A program made the position numbers and the translations under genes. Shown here in pieces: positions 16,343 to 26,931 of a stretch of DNA of 64,000 bases (position 1 is the first letter of the stretch; each line of letters begins with the position of its first letter). The notes under the pieces are model-generated. The model was not told where the DNA came from. It was given only the letters and a program-made list of their open reading frames with translations, and did no database searches. This stretch comes from an uncultured bacterium (GTDB taxonomy: Bacteria; Patescibacteriota; Minisyncoccia; UBA6257; GWB1-50-10): positions 281,903-345,902 of the forward strand of contig CAVYJB010000001.1 of NCBI GenBank assembly GCA_963768835.1, read 5' to 3'.

Positions 16343-19300
16343 CTATTGCCCCGTTCCAAACCCCACGTCATCGAGATACCAGGTGGTGGCGGTGCCGATA
16401 CCCCCGATATAGATGCGGGTGAGCTGGAAGCCTGCAGGGAGCTTGTAGTTCGCGAGGGGAATCGAGACTTCGGTCCACTGGTTGGCCCCAAGGGCGGGAG
16501 TGGGGGCTCCATAGAGGCCCGAAGGGCCTTGGAGGGTGGTGTGAAGCGTGATAGGGGTCGTGGGGTACACCCAGAACTGGAAGGTGGTGTAGCCGGAGAT
16601 CGATTGAGGAGAGGTCCAGGACTGGAAGCTCACGGAACCTGTGGGCTGGGAAACCGCCTTGATGGAGGCGCTGCCGGAGTGGACCTGCGCGGTGGAGTTG
16701 TACGTGTAGACTCCGCGGAAGGAGGCTTTCTGCCAGGGGGAAAGGAGGGAGTCCTGGTAGACGGAGAGGGAGGGGGAAGAACCGGAGGGAGGGGTGGGAG
16801 GGGGTGGCGTGGAGACGGGTGGCGTGGAGACGGGTGGCACAGGGGCAGCGCTTCCACTACTCACCTTCTCAAGTTTGCTGCCGTCAGACCAGCCTGTCGT
16901 TCCATCCGAATACGCGATCTTCCAGAAGGTGTAGCCAGAGGCAGCATCAGGGGAGGGACCCGCGAGGACAGTGCCTTGGGCACCTGCCACCTCGCACTTG
17001 TAGATGTTCGAGGGGATGGTGGGATTGTCGCGGGCATTCAGACAATCTGTTGTGAGAACGACGCGAATCGTGTCTCCAATCGTGAAAGCACCGCCACCAC
17101 CTCCTCCGCCTCCGCCACTACTCACCTTCTCAAGTTTGCTGCCGTCAGACCAGCCTGTCGTTCCATCCGAATACGCGATCTTCCAGAAGGTGTAGCCAGA
17201 GGCAGCATCAGGGGAGGGACCCGCGAGGACAGTGCCTTGGGCACCTGCCACCTCGCACTTGTAGATGTTCGAGGGGATGGTGGGATTGTCGCGGGCATTC
17301 AGACAATCTGTTGTGAGAACGACGCGAATCGTGTCTCCAATCGTGAAAGCACCGCCACCAACGACAGCTGGCGCCAGGACCGTCACCGGCTGCGAAGTCG
17401 CGGTGTTGCCCAGGGAGTCCGTGGCCTTCACGGTCAGAGTGTGGGAGGAACCGGCAGGAAGTCCGGAGGTGTTCCAGGAGAGGGTGTAGGGGGAGGTGGT
17501 GTCGGTGCCGATACTGGTACCGTCCACGAAGAACTGCACGCTTGCGAGGGTGGCGCCTGTCCCATGAGCCGAGGCGGAGGCGGCGAGGGTCACCGTACCC
17601 TGGACCGTGGCGCCCGAGGAAGGGGCGGTGAGGGAGACCGAGGGGGCGCTCGGGAGGGCGGTGTTGCTCACCGTGACCGCATAGCCCTGCGTGGTCGCAC
17701 AGTTGCTGTGGGTGTCACAGGCTTTCTCGGAGAGGGTGTGAGAACCGTTCGAAACACTGGTGGTATCCCAGGAGGCGGTATAGGGACTCGTGGTGTCGGT
17801 CGAGAGGAGGGAGCCGTCCACATAGAAGGAGAGGGAGGAGACCGCATCATCGGGATCGGAGGCCGTGGCACTCAAGGTCGCGGTGCCGGAGAGGGTCGCG
17901 CCCACGGCAGGCGCGGTCGGGGTGATGGTGGGAGCGGTGGTGTCGGCTCCGACGGTGCTCACCACCGTCACGGTGATGCCGGGGGTCGAGGCACAGTTCC
18001 CGTGGGTGTCGCAGGCCTTCGCGGAGAGGACATGGGAGGAACCATTGGGGAGGGAGGCGGTGTTCCAGATGGCCTGATACGGGGAGGTGGTATCGGTGCT
18101 GATGATCGTGGAACCGTCGTAGAAGGTGACGGAGGAGACCGCGTCATCCACGTCCGAGGCGCTTGCAGAAAGAGAGACGGATCCTGTGACCGAGGTACCG
18201 TTCTGAGGCCCATTCAGGGTGACGGAGGGGGCGGTGGTGTCGGTGCTAATGGGACCGCCGGTCGTACGCATTAGGACGTAAACCGCGAAGTCGGAACTTG
18301 TGTGCGAAATAGGGCGTGAATCGTTACCCACCTTGGGCGGAAGGGTGCCCCCCAGCGGTATCGAAATGGTGCCACCATTCCAAATGCCCGAGGCCACGGC
18401 GGGTCCGAAGTAGTTCTGCGCATCTTGAACGGTGTAGGAATTCCCCAGCGACAAGATCCCAGTCGGGTCCACGCTGACGGGGCTGGTCCCCTGCCAGTAC
18501 GCGACGATGTTGGCCCGGCCCGCCTCGTACTTATTGGGGCGGATGAACACCTTGCTCGTCGCCGGCTTGGCCGTCGTCGCAGCGTTGCCAGAGGGGATGG
18601 GGTCGTTCGTCACCGAGGTATCGTAAATCGTGTTCCCGCTGAAGGTCATGTTCGTATTGTTGTTGAGGGTCAGCGTCCCCCCCGCCATATAGTTTCCGGT
18701 AACCACAGCCCCTATCGTACCCAGCGCCCCGTAGCCGATGGGGTAGGCCATGAAAAACATGTTCGTCCCGGCGCCGCCCTGGCCGTCGAGATAGATCATG
18801 TTGTTCTCGATGACGGGATTTTGAGCGACGGCCGTTGCGCCGAGCAGAAAGTTACGCTCCCCGCCGTTGACAGCGACGTTCCCGTTGAACGTGATCCCGT
18901 CCAGAAACCCGCTTTCGGCGTACGCGTCTATGTTCGTCGAATACGCGCGCAGGAATATATTGTCGGCGACGGTCTTGGAGCCGGTATTCTGAATGGTTTG
19001 GATGTAAATGCCATGCCCGTGCGGCCGATCGGGGCCGGTCCAGCCATTGTCGTAAACGACGTTCCCGTAATACTCGGCTTGGTCGGCCTGCTGCCATGCG
19101 CTGAAGCCCTGCCGCGTGTCGTGAACAATGCAGTTGATGAACTTCATGCCCGGGTGCAGGCTTCCCTGATCGATCACCATGCCCTCGCCGCTGGGCAAGA
19201 TACTGGGCTTGGGCCAGGAGGGGTTCGGCACGCCCTTCGAATCGGGCCAGTAATTAGCCAGGCTCACAGGGATCCCAGAAATATCCTTGACGGGGGAAGA

Positions 19301-19699
19301 GCTCATGACCTCAAGACCCCAAAGCCAGGTATAGGACCCGCTCACCAGGAAAACGGGATTGCCGTTGGAATTTCCTCCGTCGATAGTGGCCCGCTGGCCG
19401 TTGTAGTTGCGGACGATAATAGGGCTGGATGCGGTCCCGTTAAGATTCGAAGTGAAGGTTCCGAAATACGTTCCTCCCAACAGCCAGATTGTATCGCCCG
19501 CATGGACGCTAGACGGCTGGTTCAGCGCCGTCTGGAGATCCCACGGACTCGACTGCGAGCCGCTGCCTCCCGAACTTCCGTTCGGGGATACGTACCACTG
19601 GGACGCCGCATGTACCTCGACCGGCGGCAGAACCGTTGCCGCTCCTACCGAACCGACGACTACCGCGCACACGAACAGGAGAATGGAAAACTTCTTCAT
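16343..19699 (-). CDS. Large secreted modular protein: pectin-lyase-like beta-helix, 3 bacterial Ig-like domains, 2 identical SH3-like domains, carbohydrate-binding-like C-terminus
   Basis: Signal peptide MKKFSILL...VHAA; WYVSPNG...GSQSSPWDLQTA..GDTIWLLGGTY; DTTAP..T.P..G Ig repeats; Pro-rich linker. Confidence 0.8.
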   Translation of the reverse strand: MKKFSILLFVCAVVVGSVGAATVLPPVEVHAASQWYVSPNGSSGGSGSQSSPWDLQTALNQPSSVHAGDTIWLLGGTYFGTFTSNLNGTASSPIIVRNYNGQRATIDGGNSNGNPVFLVSGSYTWLWGLEVMSSSPVKDISGIPVSLANYWPDSKGVPNPSWPKPSILPSGEGMVIDQGSLHPGMKFINCIVHDTRQGFSAWQQADQAEYYGNVVYDNGWTGPDRPHGHGIYIQTIQNTGSKTVADNIFLRAYSTNIDAYAESGFLDGITFNGNVAVNGGERNFLLGATAVAQNPVIENNMIYLDGQGGAGTNMFFMAYPIGYGALGTIGAVVTGNYMAGGTLTLNNNTNMTFSGNTIYDTSVTNDPIPSGNAATTAKPATSKVFIRPNKYEAGRANIVAYWQGTSPVSVDPTGILSLGNSYTVQDAQNYFGPAVASGIWNGGTISIPLGGTLPPKVGNDSRPISHTSSDFAVYVLMRTTGGPISTDTTAPSVTLNGPQNGTSVTGSVSLSASASDVDDAVSSVTFYDGSTIISTDTTSPYQAIWNTASLPNGSSHVLSAKACDTHGNCASTPGITVTVVSTVGADTTAPTITPTAPAVGATLSGTATLSATASDPDDAVSSLSFYVDGSLLSTDTTSPYTASWDTTSVSNGSHTLSEKACDTHSNCATTQGYAVTVSNTALPSAPSVSLTAPSSGATVQGTVTLAASASAHGTGATLASVQFFVDGTSIGTDTTSPYTLSWNTSGLPAGSSHTLTVKATDSLGNTATSQPVTVLAPAVVGGGAFTIGDTIRVVLTTDCLNARDNPTIPSNIYKCEVAGAQGTVLAGPSPDAASGYTFWKIAYSDGTTGWSDGSKLEKVSSGGGGGGGGGAFTIGDTIRVVLTTDCLNARDNPTIPSNIYKCEVAGAQGTVLAGPSPDAASGYTFWKIAYSDGTTGWSDGSKLEKVSSGSAAPVPPVSTPPVSTPPPPTPPSGSSPSLSVYQDSLLSPWQKASFRGVYTYNSTAQVHSGSASIKAVSQPTGSVSFQSWTSPQSISGYTTFQFWVYPTTPITLHTTLQGPSGLYGAPTPALGANQWTEVSIPLANYKLPAGFQLTRIYIGGIGTATTWYLDDVGFGTGQ
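16854..17360. repeat. Identical intragenic tandem duplication (246 bp x2, period 261 bp)
   Basis: 16854-17099 equals 17115-17360 by eye; the copies are joined by a poly-Gly linker. Confidence 0.92.
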
Positions 19700-19850
19700 G
19701 GTTGGGTTAAAAAAGGAGACCTTTTGATTGACTGGGTATATTATACATCGCCACGAATGGGATTCCATACGTTTAAAGTGCATAATCCCAAAAGAAAAGG
19801 AGGCGCCGCGGCGTCTCCTTGTGATTCATACAATATCAGGCCAGAAAGCG

Positions 19851-20369
19851 TTATCGAGCGCCTCTCATCCGCTGTTCTAGTTCACGTCGAAGCTGCGCGC
19901 GGTATCGTTCCTGTGCTCCACCAATAAGTCTCTCGGTAGACCACGACGACGGTCTCTTGAAGCCTTGCGGCAGCGGGAGAAGTTGAAGCGCCACATCGAC
20001 CATCCGGGCCTCGGAGGTCAGCGCCCTCAAAGGATCTTTCTCGGCGTCTTCCCGGTACCACATCCGCAGTTCGTGGAGAAGGAGAATAGCAAGCGTGCGT
20101 TTGCTGGCGCGTTTGAGAGAAAAAACGGGGCGCACCCGGCTTGGAATCGGCGCCTTCCTCCCCGCAGCTTCTTCAAAGAGCCTCTGTGGTCTGAAAAAGT
20201 CGGGATTATACATATCCGGCATCGGCATAATGCCGATTGCCGATTCTAACAACACGCTCCTAAAGCCGCGACCCATCGAGACTCCACCCGCGTCGTGGGA
20301 CTGCCACAGTTGACGAAGGATGAGTCTCGCCACCTGCTCATTTGTCAGCGTAGAAAGTGACTGGTGCAC
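19851..20369 (-). CDS. Hypothetical protein (172 aa)
   Basis: GTG start after a GGAGG RBS; no family recognised. Confidence 0.55.
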   Translation of the reverse strand: MHQSLSTLTNEQVARLILRQLWQSHDAGGVSMGRGFRSVLLESAIGIMPMPDMYNPDFFRPQRLFEEAAGRKAPIPSRVRPVFSLKRASKRTLAILLLHELRMWYREDAEKDPLRALTSEARMVDVALQLLPLPQGFKRPSSWSTERLIGGAQERYRAQLRRELEQRMRGAR

Positions 20370-20491
20370 GGAACCTCCGTTTTATAAAAGTGGTTTCTGC
20401 TTTGTTTCTACCACCCAGCCCCGCAAATATCAACCTATTAGAATATCAGAGCCGGGTCCTAAAGCAGGGGTGGCCTGTGCTAATATATCTC

Positions 20492-21499
20492 ATGGAGGAA
20501 TTGTTTAAGCCGTCTATGCCTCGTTTGTGGAAATTCATCGTCGTCATTGCCGCCCTCGCGGTGCTCATTGTTTTCTATAAAAGCGAATTGGGCGCGCCGG
20601 GGGGCGGCACCGGAATCGAGATATTCTCCGTCCCGCTCCACAGAACACGCGCGGAGGTCGTGCAGAGCCTTGTCATGGCGGGGTTCGTGAAGCACGCCTG
20701 GGCTCTGGACCTTGCGCTCACGCTCCGCGGGGCCCCGGTCGCGATCGTGCCGGGGGGATACAACCTTTCAAAATCTATGAATGTGTGGAGCGTGGCCGGC
20801 GTCCTGCTCTCCAAGTCCTCGCTCGTGTGGGTCACGGTCCCCGAAGGGCTCCGGAAGGAGGAGATTGCGGGGCTTCTTGCGGACGCGCTCGGGTGGACCG
20901 AAGCGCAACGGACCGAATGGATTGCACTCGATACCGCACAGAACTCCGACTATTTCGAGGGCGTCTACTTTCCTGAAACCTACCTCCTGCCGGCCAACGA
21001 CAACGGGCCGGACGTGGCCGCTCGCCTCATCGCCAAATTCAACGAGAAGTTCGCGCCGCTCGCGCCCGCATTCGCGAAACAAAATGTGAAATGGACCACC
21101 GCCGTGAAAATTGCTTCGCTCGTCCAGCGCGAGTCCGCGGGGCCCGATGACATGCCGCTCATCGCGGGTATCATCTGGAACCGGCTCCTCAAGAACATGC
21201 CTCTGCAAATCGACTCGACGGTCCAATACGCGCGGGGCGATACGGGGAAAGGTTGGTGGGCCCCCATCACTCTCGCGGACGAGAAGATCGACTCCCCTTA
21301 CAATACCTACCTTCATACGGGGTTGCCGCCCCACCCCATCGCGAACCCGGGGTTCGAGGCGCTCGCGGCGGTCCTCACGCCCACGACGACAACCTGCCTT
21401 TATTACCTCCACGACGCGAATCGGCAGATCCACTGCGCGGCGACGTACGCCGAGCACCTCCAGAACATCAATACCTATCTCTCCCCTAGCAATCCCTGA
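20492..21499 (+). CDS. mltG: Endolytic transglycosylase MltG (YceG family)
   Basis: N-terminal TM, VTVPEGLR, EGVYFPETY, IASLVQRE, MPLQIDSTVQY and SPYNTYLHTGLPPHPIANPG. Confidence 0.92.
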   Translation: MEELFKPSMPRLWKFIVVIAALAVLIVFYKSELGAPGGGTGIEIFSVPLHRTRAEVVQSLVMAGFVKHAWALDLALTLRGAPVAIVPGGYNLSKSMNVWSVAGVLLSKSSLVWVTVPEGLRKEEIAGLLADALGWTEAQRTEWIALDTAQNSDYFEGVYFPETYLLPANDNGPDVAARLIAKFNEKFAPLAPAFAKQNVKWTTAVKIASLVQRESAGPDDMPLIAGIIWNRLLKNMPLQIDSTVQYARGDTGKGWWAPITLADEKIDSPYNTYLHTGLPPHPIANPGFEALAAVLTPTTTTCLYYLHDANRQIHCAATYAEHLQNINTYLSPSNP

Positions 21500-21514
21500 A
21501 CCTAGAAACCGTCT

Positions 21515-22975
21515 CTATTCCTCTTTCTCGTAGAGCCGTCCGATGCCCAGGATATCCGCTTCATGGAACGGTCGCCCGATGAGCTGGAACCCAATGGGGA
21601 GCTCCTTGCCCCCCAAGGGGTAATTTTTTACCGGCAGGGAAAGGGCGGGAATCCCCGCGAGGTTCGTCTGCGTCGTGAAGATGTCGGAAAGATACATCGC
21701 GAGAGGGTCTGAGAGCTTCTCGCCGAACTTGAACGCGGGCGTCGGCGAGACGGGCGCGAGAATGACATTCACTCCGCCCCCCGCGGGATCGAAGGCGCGG
21801 TCGAAATCCTCTTTGATCAGCCGACGCACCCGCTGGGCCTTGGCGTAGTAGGCGTCATAGTAGCCGGAGGACAGCACGAAGGTGCCGAGGAGGATGCGAC
21901 GACGGGGCTCCGGGCCGAACCCTGCTCCGCGCGTTTTAAAGTAGAGTTCCCGAAGACTCTTCGCGTCCTCCGCGACCGCCGGGATGCCGGGGTAGCGGAC
22001 TCCCTCGAACCGGGCGAGGTTCGTCGAGACCTCGGCGGGCATGATGATGTAGTAGACCGAGAGCGCGTACTTCGTGTGCGGCAGGCTAATCTCCTTGAAG
22101 GTGAGCCCGAGCGACTTCAGCCGCTCCACGGCCGCCTCGATGCCCTTCGAAACCCTGGGATCGATCCCCTCGATGAAATATTCCTTCGGAATGCCGACCA
22201 CCATCTTCTTCGCCTTCTCCGGCGCGAGGGGAGTGTTTTCGAACTTGAAGTCCGTGCTCGTCGCGTCCAGGGGGTCCTGCCCCCGGATGGCGTTGAAGAG
22301 AAGCGCGGCATCTTCCACCGTCCGGGCGAGGGGCCCGATCTGGTCCAGGCTCGATCCCATCGCGATGAGGCCGAAGCGGGAAACGGCACCGTAGGTGGGG
22401 CGAAGCCCCACGATCCCGCAGAACGCGGCGGGCAGACAGATTGAGCCGCTCGTGTCGCTCCCCAGCCCCGCGAGCGCGAGGCCGGCGGCCACTGCGGCGG
22501 CGGACCCTCCTGACGAACCGCCGGGCACGCGGGTCGGATCATAGGGGTTCTTGGTCACCTTGAACGCCGAGTATTCGGTGGAGGAACCCATCGCGAACTC
22601 ATCAAGATTCGTTTTCCCCAAAAAGACCGCATCGGCTTCCTTGAGCTTCCGGATGACGGTCGCGTCGTAGCTCGCGCGGTAGTGCTCGAGCATCCGCGAG
22701 GCGGCCGTGGCGGGCGCTCCCTCGATGAGAATGTTGTCTTTCACCGCGAGCGGCGCTCCCGCGAGCGGCCCCAGATGTTCCCCTTCGGCGAGCGCGCGAT
22801 CCACGCGGCCGGCCGCCGCCACCGCGTCGTCCTTCAGAAGCGTGAGGTAGGCGCCGAGCTCTCCGTCACGCGCCTCGATCGCCTTGAAATATTCCTGGGT
22901 CGCCTCGAGCGCCGAAAACTTGCCGGCGCGGAGACCCTCTCCAAACGAACGGAGTGTGAGAGCGTTCGTATCCAT
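21515..22975 (-). CDS. gatA: Asp/Glu-tRNA amidotransferase subunit A
   Basis: Amidase signature GKTNLDEFAMGSSTE...PGGSSGGSAAAV; RRILLGTFVLSSGYYDAYY. Confidence 0.96.
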   Translation of the reverse strand: MDTNALTLRSFGEGLRAGKFSALEATQEYFKAIEARDGELGAYLTLLKDDAVAAAGRVDRALAEGEHLGPLAGAPLAVKDNILIEGAPATAASRMLEHYRASYDATVIRKLKEADAVFLGKTNLDEFAMGSSTEYSAFKVTKNPYDPTRVPGGSSGGSAAAVAAGLALAGLGSDTSGSICLPAAFCGIVGLRPTYGAVSRFGLIAMGSSLDQIGPLARTVEDAALLFNAIRGQDPLDATSTDFKFENTPLAPEKAKKMVVGIPKEYFIEGIDPRVSKGIEAAVERLKSLGLTFKEISLPHTKYALSVYYIIMPAEVSTNLARFEGVRYPGIPAVAEDAKSLRELYFKTRGAGFGPEPRRRILLGTFVLSSGYYDAYYAKAQRVRRLIKEDFDRAFDPAGGGVNVILAPVSPTPAFKFGEKLSDPLAMYLSDIFTTQTNLAGIPALSLPVKNYPLGGKELPIGFQLIGRPFHEADILGIGRLYEKEE

Positions 22976-23256
22976 TATTCAAAAACCGGCGGGACTTTCA
23001 GGAATCCCTGCGCGGGTTTCGGAAGCGCCTGCACGGCCTTCTCGGATGCCACGCGGGGATGCTCCTCGCCCTGGAACACGTTCTCCAGGGAAGTTCCGCC
23101 CGCCATCGGCGCGACGGTCGTGGTATCAAGCTCTTTGAGCTCCTCAAAGTGCGCCAAAATCTTCTCCAGATCCTCCAGGATCTTCTTCTCTTCCGCTTTC
23201 GAGACCTCAATACGGGCAAGCTCCGCGAGATTTTCCAGCTCTTGGGGAGTGATCAT
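22975..23256 (-). CDS. gatC: Asp/Glu-tRNA amidotransferase subunit C
   Basis: LAELARIE...L.ELDT...FLKVPPVFE, directly upstream of gatA. Confidence 0.92.
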   Translation of the reverse strand: MITPQELENLAELARIEVSKAEEKKILEDLEKILAHFEELKELDTTTVAPMAGGTSLENVFQGEEHPRVASEKAVQALPKPAQGFLKVPPVFE

Positions 23257-23302
23257 GATTTCGTGGATGTGCTTCTAACCTTAGGGGGTCGGGCCTTGCC
23301 TG

Positions 23303-25336
23303 TCAACGAAGAAGCTTCAGAAACTCCTCCTCGCGGAGCACGGGAACACTGAGGGTGCGCGCGCGCGCGTACTTAGAACCCGGATTCTCCCCCACCACGA
23401 CGTAAGAGGTCTTGGGGGAAACGGTCTCCGAGACCTCGCCGCCGGCCGCCCGGATGCGCTCCTTGGCATCTTCCCGCTCCAGAGTGCGGAGTGTTCCGGT
23501 GAGAACGAAGGTCTTCCCCGCGAATTTTCCTTTCCGACCGGCCGCCTTCGGTGCCTCCACCTCGACGCCCGCGTCCGCGAGTCGCTCGAGAAATTTTATA
23601 TTGCGGGCGTCGCGGAACCACGCATAGATGCTCTCCGATACCTTGGGACCGATGTCCGACACGCGCTCCAGGTCCTCGCGGCCGAGCTTCGTGTAGCGCC
23701 CGATGAGCTCGGCAATCCCGTTCTTCTGCTTCCCGAGCGAGAACGTGGCGGCCAGAAGGTTCGCGGTCTCCTCCCCCACGTGCAGAATCCCGAGAGAGAA
23801 GAGGAATCGCGGGAGCGTGACGCTCCGTTTCGCGCGGATCTCATCCACGATATTCTCAGCGGATTTTTCCCCGAAATGCTTGAGAACCATAATGTCGCCT
23901 TTGTGGAGACTGAAGAGATCCGCGGCGTCCGTGATGAGCCCTTCATCCAGGAACCGGTCCAGAATCTTCGGCCCCAGCCCCTCGATATTGAACGCGGGTC
24001 GGGCCACGAAGTGGTAGAGGTGCTCGCGCAGGCGCGCGCCGCAACGGGAGTTCGAGCACCGCAGGATGGCTCCTTCCTTCACCACCTTCGAACCGTCCAC
24101 CGGACAGCGCGTCGGCATCTTGAACGGCCGCTCCTTGCCCGTCCGAAGGTCCCGAAGGACCTCTTGGACCTGCGGGATGACGTCCCCCGCCCGGGTCACG
24201 ACGACGGTGTCGCCCACGCGCACGTCGAGGCGTTTGATCTCGTCGAAATTGTGGAGTGTCGCGTGGGTGATGGTGATGCCGCCAAGCGAAACGGGCTGGA
24301 GCACCGCCACGGGGGTCAGGGCGCCGGTCCGCCCGACCTGCACCCGGATCTCCGCCACGCGCGTCGTCGCTTCGCGCGGCGAGAACTTATACGCGATAGC
24401 CGCACGGGGGGCCTTCCCCACGGCGCCCGCCTCCGCGAACGCGTGGTTCGAGTTCAGAATCGCCACCACGCCGTCGATCTCGTAGGGAAGTTCTCCGCGC
24501 TGCTTTTCCCAGCGGTCCCGGAACGCAATCGCCTCCGCGAGCGATTTCACATGCTGGTTGTGCGTATTCGTCTTGAAACCCAACTTCGCGAGCATGACGT
24601 GTTCCTCCTCGTGGGTCTTCGGCGCGAACCCCTCGACAATGGCGTATTCGAAGGAGTCGAGGCGGCGCGACGCAGTGACCTTGGGATCCAGCTGCCGGAT
24701 GGAACCCGCCGCGATGTTCCGGGGATTCGCGTAGACGCGCTCGCCTTTCTTTTTCTGCTCCGCGTTCACGCGCTCGAACTCCTCCCGCGTGATGAAAACC
24801 TCTCCGCGAACCACGAGCTTTTTCGGGACCGTCACGCCCGGCTCCCGGGGGACGATACGGAGCGGAATGGCCTTCACCGTCCGAAGATTCTGCGTCACGT
24901 CCTCGCCGATCTGCCCGTCCCCGCGCGTGGACCCTTGAACAAAAAGACCGTTCTCGTAGACAAGCTCAATCGCGAGCCCGTCGATCTTCAGTTCCACATA
25001 AAGCTCCGTCTCGACGCTCCGCTTCAAATAGTTTCCGAGCCGTTCGAACCACGCGCGGAAGTCCTCCGCCGTGAACACGTCGTTGAAGGAGAGCATCGGC
25101 GCGGTGTGACGCACCTTCCGAAACTCCTTGAGGGGCGCCCCGCCCACGCGCTGGGTCGGCGAGTCGGGCGTCACGAGGTCCGGGTATGCCGCTTCGAGCT
25201 TCGCGAGCTCCCGCGTCAGCGAATCGTAGATCTCGTCGGTGACCGAAGGATCGTCGAGCACGTGATACGCATAGCGATACCGGTCGATCTCATCGCGGAG
25301 TTTATGGATGCGCCCCTCGGCCTCTCGACGGTCCAT
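23303..25336 (-). CDS. ligA: NAD-dependent DNA ligase
   Basis: ELKIDG, TRGDG, NPRN.AAGS.RQLD, Zn finger, HhH repeats and BRCT (GKTFVLTGTL). Confidence 0.97.
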   Translation of the reverse strand: MDRREAEGRIHKLRDEIDRYRYAYHVLDDPSVTDEIYDSLTRELAKLEAAYPDLVTPDSPTQRVGGAPLKEFRKVRHTAPMLSFNDVFTAEDFRAWFERLGNYLKRSVETELYVELKIDGLAIELVYENGLFVQGSTRGDGQIGEDVTQNLRTVKAIPLRIVPREPGVTVPKKLVVRGEVFITREEFERVNAEQKKKGERVYANPRNIAAGSIRQLDPKVTASRRLDSFEYAIVEGFAPKTHEEEHVMLAKLGFKTNTHNQHVKSLAEAIAFRDRWEKQRGELPYEIDGVVAILNSNHAFAEAGAVGKAPRAAIAYKFSPREATTRVAEIRVQVGRTGALTPVAVLQPVSLGGITITHATLHNFDEIKRLDVRVGDTVVVTRAGDVIPQVQEVLRDLRTGKERPFKMPTRCPVDGSKVVKEGAILRCSNSRCGARLREHLYHFVARPAFNIEGLGPKILDRFLDEGLITDAADLFSLHKGDIMVLKHFGEKSAENIVDEIRAKRSVTLPRFLFSLGILHVGEETANLLAATFSLGKQKNGIAELIGRYTKLGREDLERVSDIGPKVSESIYAWFRDARNIKFLERLADAGVEVEAPKAAGRKGKFAGKTFVLTGTLRTLEREDAKERIRAAGGEVSETVSPKTSYVVVGENPGSKYARARTLSVPVLREEEFLKLLR

Positions 25337-25342
25337 GATGCG

Positions 25343-25792
25343 TTAGAATGTCGCCTCAAGCGCCCGGACGGCGCTCTTGGAGTACCCTTCGGAATTCAAC
25401 TGAATGGAGGGGGAAGCAGACACAATAGTCGATACAGTATAAACCTTGATATTCCCGGGGGGAGGGTCCACATCGCTGAACGTGGGGGCGGGCGGGACAC
25501 CGTTGGCCGCACACCATGCATTCACGGCGGAGGTGTTGGTCAAATCCAGCCCGATCGTCGACGCGACTTTCTGCGCTGAAAAGAAACAGTAGGTTTCCCA
25601 ATCTAGCCCCGCGTCAGCCGCGAAGAAGGCGCGCGCGGAATTTTCCGCGTCGTTCGCTTCGCGTATTTGATAGGTCACGAGGATGCCGGCAATGCCGGTA
25701 GCGGACAGGAGGAGCCCCCCGAGCATGAGAACGCTGAGGAGCATCACCTGTCCCCTTTTACCTCTTTGATTGTTTAAGAAATGGGTGGTCAT
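25343..25792 (-). CDS. PilX-like minor pilin
   Basis: KRGQVMLLSVL...ARAFFAADAGLD. Confidence 0.75.
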   Translation of the reverse strand: MTTHFLNNQRGKRGQVMLLSVLMLGGLLLSATGIAGILVTYQIREANDAENSARAFFAADAGLDWETYCFFSAQKVASTIGLDLTNTSAVNAWCAANGVPPAPTFSDVDPPPGNIKVYTVSTIVSASPSIQLNSEGYSKSAVRALEATF

Positions 25793-25798
25793 GGAACA

Positions 25799-26365
25799 CT
25801 AGGGAAGTTCGAACGGCAGCGTTCGGGCGCTTACCGTGGTCTGGATCATCTCCTGCTGGCCCTGGAACTGCTTGTCCGTGGGGGCCACCGTGGCTATGAT
25901 CGTGACGCGCCAGGGGTCCGATGCACTGTTATGTTTCAGGACGAAGCAGAGGTTCTTCACTGCGATATTTGATGCAGTGAGCGGTTCCGGGTTCGCATTG
26001 TTCTCTGAACGGTCCACCGTTTCCGCAGCAGAGTCCCAGCTGTAATAGACGGGGACGAAACTCGCCACGCCCGGGCGAGTCCGTTCGAAATTAATCTGAG
26101 TGCCGCCCCCAGGACACCCGACACCTCCGGTCGAGAACCGGAACCCGGCGCGTATCTCGCGGGCCATCTGCTCCAGAACGAGGCTCATGTTGCTATTAAC
26201 TCCGATCATGCTCGTGAGCAACCGCTGGGAACGCAGACCCTGTACGAAGATACCCACCACGAGCCCCACGACGATAGAGAAAACGGAAAGAGCGACAAGG
26301 AGTTCCACGATCGTGAACCCTCGGGAGTTTTGGAGCGAACCCTGCGATTGTTGATATTCGTGCAT
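25799..26365 (-). CDS. Prepilin-type minor pilin (PilW-like)
   Basis: RGFTIVELLVAL...LEQMAREIR. Confidence 0.85.
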   Translation of the reverse strand: MHEYQQSQGSLQNSRGFTIVELLVALSVFSIVVGLVVGIFVQGLRSQRLLTSMIGVNSNMSLVLEQMAREIRAGFRFSTGGVGCPGGGTQINFERTRPGVASFVPVYYSWDSAAETVDRSENNANPEPLTASNIAVKNLCFVLKHNSASDPWRVTIIATVAPTDKQFQGQQEMIQTTVSARTLPFELP

Positions 26366-26369
26366 AAGT

Positions 26370-26924
26370 TTAGAGCGAACGCCAATCGTAGAAATAATCC
26401 TCAAGATCGATGCTTTGATCCGGATTTAGGAGGACCTGCGACTTCCAGGTCACGTGCGAGACCACCTTGAGGGAGTGGACGATCCCGTTCGCGTCGGGGG
26501 TCATTGATATAGTCACGGTGCGCGTATAAGGAGTTGCGCGACCGTTTCCGCTATTCTGCACATAGAACCCCTCCGGAGTAAGGTAGAGTGGTTGTGGCTG
26601 GCCGAACTGACACCCCAGCAGCCCCGCCGACGTATCCGTGTCGTAGTTCACCTGGTAAGTGCAGCTTGTAAGTCCGTACCACCAGAGATGCCCGGGACCG
26701 TTCGCGATGTCCGTATAGTTCTTATCCACGATGCTCCGCATCACCTCGATGCCCTCTGCGGCAAGGTAAGTTGCGATAAACCTCTCGCTGGTCTGCCGGT
26801 TCACCACGATGGACTGCGTGAGAAGCGAGAGCACGCCGAGAAGCCCCACGACGCCGACCGAAGCCGCGACGAGAGCTTCCAGGAGCATCTGGCCGGAACG
26901 CTGGTTGTGGGGGTTACGGAACAT
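26370..26924 (-). CDS. Prepilin-type minor pilin (PilV-like)
   Basis: SGQMLLEALVA...ATYLAAEGIEVMR; start reassigned to ATG 26924. Confidence 0.8.
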   Translation of the reverse strand: MFRNPHNQRSGQMLLEALVAASVGVVGLLGVLSLLTQSIVVNRQTSERFIATYLAAEGIEVMRSIVDKNYTDIANGPGHLWWYGLTSCTYQVNYDTDTSAGLLGCQFGQPQPLYLTPEGFYVQNSGNGRATPYTRTVTISMTPDANGIVHSLKVVSHVTWKSQVLLNPDQSIDLEDYFYDWRSL

Positions 26925-26931
26925 GCGATTC

